In this document: positions 45,957 through 54,596 of the stretch, piece after piece
Position numbering within the stretch: position 1 is the first letter of the stretch
Layout of the letters: each line of letters opens with the position of its first letter
Origin: Planctomycetota bacterium
GTDB lineage: Bacteria; Planctomycetota; Phycisphaerae; Phycisphaerales; UBA5793
Assembly: GCA_963205185.1 (NCBI GenBank)
Contig: CAUJHZ010000018.1
Coordinates: forward strand, 123,408-187,407
DNA length: 64,000 bases
Direction: 5' to 3'
Position numbers and translations under genes: made by a program
Notes under the pieces: model-generated
Databases searched by the model: none
Seen by the model: the letters and a program-made list of their open reading frames with translations, nothing else
What the model was told of the DNA's origin: nothing

Positions 45957-47000
45957 TCACATCTTCCTGAGAAGCGTGATCCGGCCGATGGGCACCCACT
46001 CGGCCACGAGGATGTCGCCGTTGGCCAGCCAGATCGCATCGTGCGGGTGGATGAACTTTCCGGGGATGAACTGTTCGCGCAGTGCGCCGCGCAGGCTTGA
46101 AGGGAATCCATCACCGAGTTGGGCGATCACTTTATTGGCGCCGTCGAGAATCATGACCACGCTGTCAAGGTCGGGAACAAGCAGCAGTTGGCCGCGCGTC
46201 TTGAAGTGGCACGGCTGGCGGATGCCCTGAGTGATGATCTCCTGCGGCTGACCGTCGAGTGAGAAGTATTGCAGGCGCCGGTTGCCGCGATCGGCCACGA
46301 GCAGGCGCGGCGTGGCAGAGCGGCTGTCAACCCACAGGCCGTGCGGGCAACTCAGTTGGCCGCCCTCGTTGCCGGGCGAGCCGATGGTGCGAAGGTATTC
46401 GCCCTTGATGTTGTACTGGTGGATGTAACTCGAGCCATAGCCGTCGCCCACGTAGAAGTCGCCGTTGGGCGCAAACGCGACGTTGGTCGGCCGCCACTGG
46501 TTGGCGGATTCATACTTGTGCGATTCGAGTGGAACGCTCTTTTCCCAGAGCACCTCACCATCGAGCGAGGTCTTGACGATCAGCCGCCGGTTGATGTCGC
46601 AGTGATAAATGAACTCGTCGCCGTCTTCTTCGCGCAGGTCCAGACCGTGGGCCCCGTTGCGAAAGGCGGCGCCCCAGGAAGTGATGCACTTGCCTTCGGG
46701 GTCGTAGACGACGACGGCATCGGGCGAATCGCTCGTGGGATGCACGGTGTGCGCGACGTAGATGCGGCCGGCTTTGTCCTGGCACAGGCCGTGCGTGTCG
46801 CCCCACTTGAGACCGGGCGGCGGCGCGAGCCAGTCGTGGATGGCTTCGTAGGTGTGCTCGCCTTCGCCGAGGATCGGGTTGAACAAGCCCGACTTGACCG
46901 TCGCACGGACGTACGGCGCGGCCAGCAGGCCCGCTGCGCCGGCTGCGACTGATTTGAGCAGTGTCCGTCGACTCGTCGCACTTCTACGTTCCTGCATCAT
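45957..47000 (-). CDS. Tat-exported NHL-repeat six-bladed beta-propeller protein (amidating-lyase-like fold)
   Basis: AAGGAG lies 6 nt upstream of ATG 47000. Twin-arginine signal SRRTLLKSVAAGAAGLLAAPYVRA. Repeated blades with HGL/DR.N.R motifs. Confidence 0.8.
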   Translation of the reverse strand: MMQERRSATSRRTLLKSVAAGAAGLLAAPYVRATVKSGLFNPILGEGEHTYEAIHDWLAPPPGLKWGDTHGLCQDKAGRIYVAHTVHPTSDSPDAVVVYDPEGKCITSWGAAFRNGAHGLDLREEDGDEFIYHCDINRRLIVKTSLDGEVLWEKSVPLESHKYESANQWRPTNVAFAPNGDFYVGDGYGSSYIHQYNIKGEYLRTIGSPGNEGGQLSCPHGLWVDSRSATPRLLVADRGNRRLQYFSLDGQPQEIITQGIRQPCHFKTRGQLLLVPDLDSVVMILDGANKVIAQLGDGFPSSLRGALREQFIPGKFIHPHDAIWLANGDILVAEWVPIGRITLLRKM

Positions 47001-47043
47001 GCGCTGCTCCTTGCCGCGGTTCGTCTTCGCCTGTTGGTCCGAC

Positions 47044-48690
47044 TCAGGGTTCGTCGGCGGATGGCGGGGCGCCCTGATCGGTCCCGCCGCTGAATGGTGA
47101 TGACACCGCCACGTCAGGTCGGGCCGCGGCAAACGCCGCGACGCCTTCGGCGCTCACTTTCGTCTGCCACAGGTAGAGTTCGCGCAGCGTTGTGCAGGCG
47201 ATCAGCGCCTGGAGGCCCGCGTCGGTGATTGCCGTGCCGTAGAGGTTGAGATACTCCAGACGGGGAATCGCCGCGATGGAGACCAGACCGGCATCAGTAA
47301 CGGCGGTGCGCTGCAGGTGCAGGCGGCGCAATTGCGAGAATGACGGCAGCGCCGCCAACCCCGCATCGGTGATCGACGTGCCTGCGAGGTTCAGCCACAC
47401 GAGCGTATCGCGCAGGTCAGAGAGCAGATCGAGATCGCTATCCGAAACCGATTCGCCGGCAACGCTGAGATTCACATCAACGGCATCGCTGTCCTGTTGA
47501 ATACGTGCAGCCGCGGCGCCGCGCTCGCTCAGTGCATCGAGAGCCTGAGCAAGCCGCGCCCCATCCGCGGCAACAATCTCGCTCCACGGCACGTCGATCG
47601 GCGCGGGCACGGTGAAACCAGCGGGTCCATCGACCGGCTCCTCATCCGCTTCAACGAGCTGCTCATCCTCACCGGGTTCGATCGGTTGCGGCGCCGGTTG
47701 CTCTCGCGGCGCGCCTTGCGCGATCCACATCTCGATGAGCGCAATCTGCTCGCTGCTCAGTCGCTCTCCCTTGGGCGGCATTGCGTCGTCATCGCTTTCG
47801 GGAAGTCGAACGCGACGGAGCATTTCGCTGTGCTGGGGATCGAACGGCTGCACCACCCAGAGCGCCTCGTCATCGCCGAACAATCCTTCGTATTGATCGA
47901 GTCGCAGGCCGCCGCGCTGCTTCGTCGAACCGTGGCAGCTGGCGCACCGCTCGGTGATGATCGCGACGATATCCGGGTCGAAGAACACGCCGGCTGCGGT
48001 CTGGTCGGACGCGGGATCCGGCGGAGCGCTCGTTGGATTCGCTTCGTCAAGAGGCTCGCTTGCGCGATCGCTCGTATTCGGCTCGCGCGATTCGGGCCAC
48101 AGCAGGCTCGTGAGGTAATCGTCTCCGTAGACGAGCGAACCGCCGAGGTGGCCGGTGATGCCGGTCGCCGCCGCCGTGAGCAGCAGTGAAAGTGCATAGG
48201 CCGCGCGCCAGCCGCGCCGCGTGCTCTTGAGATTGATGAGTCCGAGCAGCAGCGCGGCGGCGCCGATCGCGCCAGCCGCGATTCCGAGCAGCTGGTGGCG
48301 ATCGATCGCGGGCGCCAGTGCCCGGCCGTGCGACTCGAACTGCTCATTGGCCAGCCCGGTGGCGATGGCCGCGGCGGCGAAGGCGACGCCGAAACCCAGG
48401 CAGGTCAGCGCGGTGGGCGAAGGGCGCGGTTTGCGGCGAATCAGTCGAAACGCCTCGACGAACACCGCTGTCAGCAGCAGCGCGATCGGAAAGTGGATCA
48501 CCAGCGGATGAAGTCGCCCCACCACGCGGAGCCAGAGATCCGCGGGCGCGATGGCGGCGTCCACCGCGGCGGCATACGCGGCTGATGCGGTCACGAACGT
48601 GCAGACGCCTGCAATGAAGGCCGGCCGGCGCCTCGAGCGACCGCTCGACGCAACGGAGCCTGACTCTCGCGATTCTGGTGGCTGGATCAT
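47044..48690 (-). CDS. Membrane protein: DUF2231-like N-terminal TM domain, PSCyt c-type heme domain, C-terminal leucine-rich repeats
   Basis: N-terminal helices (HPLVIHFPIALLL...). Heme motif CASCHGSTKQRGGLRLD. C-terminal repeats L.L.GT.ITDAGL. Confidence 0.75.
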   Translation of the reverse strand: MIQPPESRESGSVASSGRSRRRPAFIAGVCTFVTASAAYAAAVDAAIAPADLWLRVVGRLHPLVIHFPIALLLTAVFVEAFRLIRRKPRPSPTALTCLGFGVAFAAAAIATGLANEQFESHGRALAPAIDRHQLLGIAAGAIGAAALLLGLINLKSTRRGWRAAYALSLLLTAAATGITGHLGGSLVYGDDYLTSLLWPESREPNTSDRASEPLDEANPTSAPPDPASDQTAAGVFFDPDIVAIITERCASCHGSTKQRGGLRLDQYEGLFGDDEALWVVQPFDPQHSEMLRRVRLPESDDDAMPPKGERLSSEQIALIEMWIAQGAPREQPAPQPIEPGEDEQLVEADEEPVDGPAGFTVPAPIDVPWSEIVAADGARLAQALDALSERGAAAARIQQDSDAVDVNLSVAGESVSDSDLDLLSDLRDTLVWLNLAGTSITDAGLAALPSFSQLRRLHLQRTAVTDAGLVSIAAIPRLEYLNLYGTAITDAGLQALIACTTLRELYLWQTKVSAEGVAAFAAARPDVAVSSPFSGGTDQGAPPSADEP

Positions 48691-48910
48691 GTCGCGAACA
48701 TCGTAGAGCGGCCGCGCTGCCTCGGGGCGACGATCGACATGGTGAGTGAAGAAGAGTCCTGATACAACACCCGTGACTTCAGGAAAGCGATTCCGGCGAG
48801 CCCCGCGGTCGGTTGCGTCGTGACAATCCTTTCGCGCCTCGACCTGCTGTTGGCTTTCGACCTATGGTCCCCGGTCCCGCCGATGACGCGTGGCGGAAGG
48901 TGCTCTTTGC

Positions 48911-49264
48911 ATGCCCAGTTACCATCTTTATTCGACCATCCGAGGCCGATTCTTCTTTGCGCTGTTTTCTCCGAGCGGTCAGCGGCTGCTGCAGAGCGTC
49001 ATGTACCGCTCCCGCGATACCGCCGCCGCGGCCGTCGACGACTGCCGGCAGTGCTCGCCAATCGACGATCGATACCAGCGCCTCGAGACGGCTCGCGGCT
49101 GGCTCTACTTTGATCTCCAGACGCTTGCCGACTCGCTGCTCGCCTCCAGCGAGACCTACCTGACCGAGGCTCATCGCGAAGATGGCATCTTCCAGTGCCG
49201 GAGATACGGCCCGGTCGCCCGATTCGACCGCGACAGCGCCGGCGGCCCGCCTTTGCGAACATGA
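48911..49264 (+). CDS. YegP-like (2 x DUF1508) protein
   Basis: Two repeats with the DUF1508 pattern (FFFALFSPSGQRLLQSVMYRSRDTAAAAV and WLYFDLQTLADSLLASSETYLTEAHREDGI). ATG 48911 is preferred to the ORF-track start 48890. Confidence 0.7.
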   Translation: MPSYHLYSTIRGRFFFALFSPSGQRLLQSVMYRSRDTAAAAVDDCRQCSPIDDRYQRLETARGWLYFDLQTLADSLLASSETYLTEAHREDGIFQCRRYGPVARFDRDSAGGPPLRT

Positions 49265-49293
49265 GCGGCGCTTGGGCGTTACGCACAAAGCGC

Positions 49294-49322
49294 GACGCCC
49301 GCAGCGCGGTGCTGCGGGCGTC
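49294..49322. terminator. Strong hairpin between convergent genes (possible bidirectional terminator)
   Basis: Perfect 12-bp stem GACGCCCGCAGC (49294-49305) / GCTGCGGGCGTC (49311-49322), 5-nt loop. U tracts are weak on both strands. Confidence 0.4.
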
Positions 49323-49370
49323 GGTTGATCGAATCTTCCGCCGGCGCGATGCGCCGCGGATGGCGCTGAT

Positions 49371-50573
49371 CTACTGCTTGCGACCGAGTTCGCCGCTGAC
49401 GCCGTGTTGCGAAAGCCCATGCGCGGTCAGGTCGACGCTGCTCAGGCCGACGAGATCGATGTCCGCCTGAAGCGCGGCGGCTCGGTCGTCCGCTTCCATC
49501 AGCACCTGCAGCATCGACTCGGTCGTCTCATTGTGCGGCGTGACGGCGGCCACGCACACGTTGGTGACGGTGTTCACTCCGTCGCTGGCGGTGACGACGA
49601 CGAGGTAGACGCGGCCGTTACCTGGTCCCTGGCGCTCGGAGCGAAGGAAGAAGCCGCTGGCGCCGCTGGCCAGTTGCGTCTTGAAGTCCGGCGCGTGCTT
49701 GCCCGTGCCGTCTCCGGTTTCGGGAACCTCCGTTTCATCCGAGACCACCATGACATCCACGGTGAGTTCCTCGGCAGGCGTGTCGGGATCGGCGACGCTG
49801 AAAAGCGAACTGCTGATGTCCACGAACTCATGGTTGGGTGACCAGAGCACGGCGGCCGTGCCGCAGGTGATGACGGGCGGCTGATTCGCTTCGGCGAGGC
49901 GGATGGTGATGGCTTGGGAATAGTTTACGGCAATGAAGGAGTAGAACCCGACGCCCGCCCAGATGCCGGCAACCGTCGAACCCACATCGGGCGCTGCGGG
50001 CGCACCCAGAAAGACCGGTCCGGCGTAACTCATGAGGGCACCGTTACGGGCCTGTGGAGTGGTCACACTCACCCAGATGTCCTGCGGCACTGCAACAGGC
50101 GTGGTCAAATCAGTCGTGATCGTCCACACCGTTCCGAACGAGTCCAACGGAGCCGGGATTTCTACGTGATACTCGGCGAGCAGACTGCCTCCCGGGAAGC
50201 CGACGCCGGAAATCGGCGCGGCGCTGTAGAACTGCACGAGCGCATCGACGGGAACGTACGTTCCTGAAGTTCCGTTGAATGCAGGATTCGCTGATGCATT
50301 GAAAACCGAAATCGTGAAGCACACCAGGTTGCCGGCGCGCGAGAGGTGCAGGTCGTCGATGTAGCCGGGAGTGTATTGGCCCATGAAACGCGGATAGGCG
50401 TCGCTGTAGGTGACGTTGTACACGATCTCCCCGATCGTTCCATGCCCCTGGGCGCTGCCGGCTTCGGCTGGGATTGCCATCGGTTCGGGTGGACTTTGCG
50501 CCAGCAGTTGCGGGGCGCACACCACGCCTGCTGTGGCTGCAATCGTCTTGAGCATCGAGTTCCTCGAAAACAT
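49371..50573 (-). CDS. Hypothetical secreted protein
   Basis: AGAGGAGG lies 6 nt upstream of ATG 50573. Signal peptide ...VCAPQLLAQ. Internal block LWSPNHEFV...FLRSERQGPGNGRVYLVVVTASD...VTPHN. Confidence 0.68.
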   Translation of the reverse strand: MFSRNSMLKTIAATAGVVCAPQLLAQSPPEPMAIPAEAGSAQGHGTIGEIVYNVTYSDAYPRFMGQYTPGYIDDLHLSRAGNLVCFTISVFNASANPAFNGTSGTYVPVDALVQFYSAAPISGVGFPGGSLLAEYHVEIPAPLDSFGTVWTITTDLTTPVAVPQDIWVSVTTPQARNGALMSYAGPVFLGAPAAPDVGSTVAGIWAGVGFYSFIAVNYSQAITIRLAEANQPPVITCGTAAVLWSPNHEFVDISSSLFSVADPDTPAEELTVDVMVVSDETEVPETGDGTGKHAPDFKTQLASGASGFFLRSERQGPGNGRVYLVVVTASDGVNTVTNVCVAAVTPHNETTESMLQVLMEADDRAAALQADIDLVGLSSVDLTAHGLSQHGVSGELGRKQ

Positions 50574-50963
50574 GCCTTGCCTCCTCTTGCTCTGGCGGGA
50601 CGGGACAGTGCGGCCGATCGACGTGACTCAGCCGCTCAACAATCATGGTTGCGCGGCGCAACTGCCACAAACAGTCGGCTGCTTGTACCGCCGGGCTGCA
50701 AATCATGGCCGCGTGCGCGCGGGTTGGCATACTTGTGATAAACTGGGCAGCCTGAGAAGACGCGGCCGACATCGAAGTTGACAGGCGGGCACGCTCCGTC
50801 AGCCAGTGAAGCGCCGCGGCCGTGGCGGCGCTCCGTTGCAGTTCGGCTGCAACCTCCAGAGGAGCATCCTACTCGAAATGGGAACGGAATCGGTCTCGCT
50901 CGCGAGGATCTTTGGCAGTTTTGTCGAGTTTTTTTGAGGCGGCGGCGTGCGGACCGGTCGCCA

Positions 50964-51000
50964 AGAAAAGCAACGCTCCACGACCCGAAGGTCATGGAGC
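50964..51000 (-). terminator. Candidate terminator of the DUF1328 gene
   Basis: On the minus strand: GCTCCATGACC / GGTCGTGGAGC stem (11 bp with one G-U pair), loop TTCG, then GTTGCTTTTCTT. Confidence 0.45.
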
Positions 51001-51083
51001 GTGTAGGCTTCGCAAGCAACCTTAGCGCAGCGGCGTATGGCTGCTCGAGCGAAGAGTGTGGCTCGTGCGGAGCAGCGCGCCGA

Positions 51084-51260
51084 TCAGGCCGGCGGGTGCT
51101 GCCCTCTGAATGCCTGAGCCAGCAAACTCACAATGAAGAGAACCAGGAACACCACGAAGAGGAGCTTGGCGACAGTCGCGGCGACACCCGCCACGCCCCA
51201 GAAGCCGAGCAAACCTGCGAGCAGTGCGATGACCAGGAATGTAATGGCCCATCCGAGCAC
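51084..51260 (-). CDS. DUF1328 (UPF0391, YtjA-like) small membrane protein; not in ORF track
   Basis: GTG 51260 lies 6 nt after AAAGGAGG. The 58-aa product [58 protein letters not shown] closely follows the YtjA/DUF1328 pattern (..W..IFLVIALIAA.LGF.G.AG.AA..AKI.F.V......S). Confidence 0.78.
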   Translation of the reverse strand: MLGWAITFLVIALLAGLLGFWGVAGVAATVAKLLFVVFLVLFIVSLLAQAFRGQHPPA

Positions 51261-51520
51261 GGCACGCCTCCTTTCTGCCCATGCGCAGCCGGGATTCGGC
51301 CGCGCTCTCGTCCAAATCGGAGGACCGTCCGCCCGCCCGAGGGAGAGCCGACGGCCTGCAGCGCGGCGCCGTCAACCAAACGGCGATGTGCCGCGCGTAC
51401 CGTCAAATCTAGATTCACTTCCGCAGGTCTTCGCCGGGCAACCGTCTCGCCGGCATCTTTGATCCTCCCTCAGCGCTCCCTCAGCACTTCACCGACGGTC
51501 GAGCCGGCGCGACAAAGGGC

Positions 51521-52648
51521 TCACAGACCAAGGCTCGTGTGAACGGAGGCGTCCGGCCGGGCCGGCGCCTCCTGCTGCAGGCGCGAAGGCAGCGGCAGGT
51601 GGTTGCGCTCGTACCACCGCCGCGGCTCGGCCTTGAGCCGCCGCACCATCAGGGGCAATGTGTCGCTCAGACGGCGCTGGGGCGACCAGCCGAGACGTTG
51701 CTGCGCGCGGCTGATGTCGAGTTCGTAATGGTCGTCGGCCACGTCGATCATCCACGGCTTGATGAAGGGATCCTCGATGCCCGGGATCTCGCTGTGAATC
51801 CACGACCCCGTTCGGGCGAGCGCCTTGGGAATGTGGCGCGTCTTCCAGTCCGACTCGTTGTGGATCAGCTGCCCGAGGCGGCGCTGCATCCAGTCGTAAC
51901 TGAGCGTTTCCGGTTCGCCGATGAGAAGCGTCTCGGTATCATCGAGCATTCTGCGATGCTCGATGGTCAGTTCGATGGCCTTCACGACGTCGTCCAGGTG
52001 AACGAACGCCTGCCCATGCGAGGTGTCGCCTGGGTAGACGTGACTGGTCAACTTGCGCTGAGCAATACGATCGATCTGGTGAGCGATCGGGATCGACTGG
52101 CACCAGTCGGTGTAGACGCCGGCGATTCGGAGAATTGCCGCGGGAATGCGGTGCCGCTGCGCCTCGATGACCTGTTCCGTCTTTACCTTTGACTTCGGAT
52201 AAGCCCACTTCGGTTCCAGCGGAGACTGCTCGTTGATGGGCGTTCCCGGCCGCGTAGACCTGTGCACGAGCATGGTGCTCGAGAAGATGAACCGATCGAC
52301 GTCGAAGGGCTGCAGAAAGCGAAGCAGTCGCTCCGTGCCGCGCACGGTGACTTTCTCGTACAGCTCACTGGGCTCACCTGAGAAGTCGTAGTAGGCGGCG
52401 AGGTGAACGACCGCCGCGATCCGGTGGCCGTAGGCATAGCGCACGCGATCAAGGCCGCGCTGCACGCTCCTGTCGCTCGTGAGATCGACGCAGACGCACT
52501 CGACCTCGGGCGGGGGTTGCGGTTGGCCGTCTCTGTCGAATCCCACCACCTGCACGCGTTTGCGCAGCGCTTCGATCAGAGCCGTGCCAAGCAGCCCGCT
52601 GCTGCCCGTCACGAGCACGATCTGTTCGCGATTTCCAATGAGGATCAT
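51521..52648 (-). CDS. NAD-dependent epimerase/dehydratase family (extended SDR) protein
   Basis: Rossmann motif VLVTGSSGLLGTAL. 375 aa. The ATG overlaps the upstream stop (ATGA). Confidence 0.85.
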   Translation of the reverse strand: MILIGNREQIVLVTGSSGLLGTALIEALRKRVQVVGFDRDGQPQPPPEVECVCVDLTSDRSVQRGLDRVRYAYGHRIAAVVHLAAYYDFSGEPSELYEKVTVRGTERLLRFLQPFDVDRFIFSSTMLVHRSTRPGTPINEQSPLEPKWAYPKSKVKTEQVIEAQRHRIPAAILRIAGVYTDWCQSIPIAHQIDRIAQRKLTSHVYPGDTSHGQAFVHLDDVVKAIELTIEHRRMLDDTETLLIGEPETLSYDWMQRRLGQLIHNESDWKTRHIPKALARTGSWIHSEIPGIEDPFIKPWMIDVADDHYELDISRAQQRLGWSPQRRLSDTLPLMVRRLKAEPRRWYERNHLPLPSRLQQEAPARPDASVHTSLGL

Positions 52649-53049
52649 GGCGTGTGCTTGTGCAGATCGGCGTTCGTCGTCGGGCCGCGCCCCGGCGCGG
52701 AGGGGTCATCGCGCTCATGCAGCAGGGCCATCCACCCGCCGCCGTATTGGTGTTGCACCCGGCCGCGCACGAAGCAGAGCGCCAGGCTCGCGCCGCCTGC
52801 GGTGATCGAGTTGATCATGACGGCCTCCGGCGTAGCCATCGTGAGCGGAGAGCACAGCAGCCAGAGGGCCAGCGGCACGTTCCAGAAGCGCACGCTTCGC
52901 GTGCACTCACCCGCCGCGACGCCGCCCAGCGCTGCGATGATGGGGCCGACGATGTGGTAGTTCGTCGCGGCGGGATCGGTCATGCCGAGCACAGCCGGCG
53001 CGGCCATGAGCCAGACTCCAACGCCGACCTGGATCAGTTGCGCGATCAC
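52645..53049 (-). CDS. Hypothetical four-helix membrane protein
   Basis: 134-aa hydrophobic ORF. GTG 53049 overlaps the VKOR-like stop (GTGA), and its own stop overlaps the epimerase start. Confidence 0.6.
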   Translation of the reverse strand: MIAQLIQVGVGVWLMAAPAVLGMTDPAATNYHIVGPIIAALGGVAAGECTRSVRFWNVPLALWLLCSPLTMATPEAVMINSITAGGASLALCFVRGRVQHQYGGGWMALLHERDDPSAPGRGPTTNADLHKHTP

Positions 53050-53645
53050 GCGGCCACTCTCCCTTCCGCAGCCGGTCGTTGCTGCAATCCCCAGAACGCC
53101 CTCCAGGCCGACCGCCCGGGCTGCTCGCGAACGCGCTTGAGATGTTGCAGGCTGGCGAGCGCTTCATCCATCGCCGGCGCCATCATGGCGACCGACACCC
53201 CGGCGGACGCAAGGCACAGCGTGCACCACGAGTCATACATCACCGGCTGCGCGATGACGAGTCCAATGCTGATGACGCCCAGCGGCCCGACGAGTATCGC
53301 AAACAGAATAACGATCCACGGCATGGAGCGCCAGCGATCGACCCCGCCGATGAGGCCGGCAACTGCGTCGGCGAGGTACCCCAGCGCGCCCAGGGCCGCA
53401 TCGGAGATCGGAAGCACGAATGAGAGCCTGGAACTGAGCACGCGGCGCGTGCCATTGCCGAAGAAAGGCTCCCAGACGCGCTCGACCACGCCATACTGCC
53501 ACAGCGCCAGATAAGATGCGATGACAAAGCCGAGGGTCGCCAGGCCGACGATCGGCAGCCGCTGCGACCACTTCGCCGGGTTGTAATCCCAGCCGGGCGG
53601 AATGCCTGCATCGCGTGCTTCCATCCACAATCTCCCCTGAAGCAT
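53046..53645 (-). CDS. Vitamin K epoxide reductase (VKOR)-like membrane protein
   Basis: Four or five hydrophobic helices with a CxxC (WCTLCL) at the start of the last helix, as in VKOR. No other cysteines in the protein. Confidence 0.68.
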   Translation of the reverse strand: MLQGRLWMEARDAGIPPGWDYNPAKWSQRLPIVGLATLGFVIASYLALWQYGVVERVWEPFFGNGTRRVLSSRLSFVLPISDAALGALGYLADAVAGLIGGVDRWRSMPWIVILFAILVGPLGVISIGLVIAQPVMYDSWCTLCLASAGVSVAMMAPAMDEALASLQHLKRVREQPGRSAWRAFWGLQQRPAAEGRVAA

Positions 53646-53942
53646 CCGGCGATCCTAGTGGTGGTCCCCGCGCCAGCGGTGGGGGACGGATGCCCGTTGC
53701 CCACAGGGTGATTGGCTCAGGTTCTGCTGAGGGTTTGGCCGGCCGGGCGCATGGAGGCATGGCGTGGATGCCCGCAGCGACTGCCTGAGGCGCCTGCTTA
53801 CAGGCGCGCGAGCGATTTCCTCACTCGCCGGCGGGCAGACTTCACCCCCATCGTCCGTGGTTTCTTTCTAACACTCGATTACTGGATGGGCGCGCGGGGC
53901 CCCGTCGTGGCATTTCACCATGAACACCGAATCAGCGTGCCA

Positions 53943-54596
53943 ATGGGACAGGTTTTCCATCCGAGCGCCAACAGTCTTGTGCGTGCGGGCCTCGGGCTGC
54001 TCGTGATCCTGGCGCTGCTCGTGCTATCGTCAGCGCTGCTCGTCGAGCGATCGCCGATCAACACGCTGGTCGGTGTGGCGCTGTCGCAGCCGGTGCCGTT
54101 CAGTCACGCGCATCATGTGGACGAAATCGGGATCGACTGTCGCTACTGCCATTCGTCGGTCGAGGATGAAGCCTTCGCTGGCGTGCCCGCCACGGAGCGC
54201 TGCATGCACTGCCACTCGCAGATCTGGGCCGACAGCCCGATGCTGGCGCCGGTGCGCGAGAGTTTTGCGACCGGCGTTCCGCTGCAATGGGCGCGCGTTC
54301 ACGACCTGCCCGACTACGTCTTTTTCAACCACAGCATTCACGTGAGCAAGGGCATCGGCTGCGCGACGTGCCACGGCCGACTGGACCAGATGCCGCTGAC
54401 CGCCAAGGCGGAGTCGCTCAACATGGATTGGTGCCTCGCCTGCCATCGCCATCCAGCTCCTTCGCTGCGGCCGGTGGGCGCGGTCTTCGACATGGACTGG
54501 AGGCGGAACATCGATACTCCGACCGCCCCCGGGCTTATGGAACGCAACGGGGTGGAAACGCGGGGTCTGACCAACTGTTCGGCGTGCCACCGATGA
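53943..54596 (+). CDS. actA: Alternative Complex III subunit ActA (pentaheme cytochrome c)
   Basis: N-terminal TM anchor, then five CxxCH motifs (CRYCH, CMHCH, CATCH, CLACH, CSACH). Start uncertain (ATG 53943 preferred; 53886 possible). Confidence 0.85.
   Translation: MGQVFHPSANSLVRAGLGLLVILALLVLSSALLVERSPINTLVGVALSQPVPFSHAHHVDEIGIDCRYCHSSVEDEAFAGVPATERCMHCHSQIWADSPMLAPVRESFATGVPLQWARVHDLPDYVFFNHSIHVSKGIGCATCHGRLDQMPLTAKAESLNMDWCLACHRHPAPSLRPVGAVFDMDWRRNIDTPTAPGLMERNGVETRGLTNCSACHR

Noticed and set aside
50778-50783. Consensus TTGACA hexamer as the promoter of a putative sRNA
   Set aside because: No acceptable -10 hexamer 16-18 nt downstream (AGCCAG/GCCAGT). It is kept only as part of the low-confidence structured-region finding.
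50778-51542. 254-aa plus-strand ORF spanning the ORF-free region
   Set aside because: Arg/Pro/Ser-rich with no RBS. It overlaps the well-supported DUF1328 gene antisense and runs into the epimerase 3' end.
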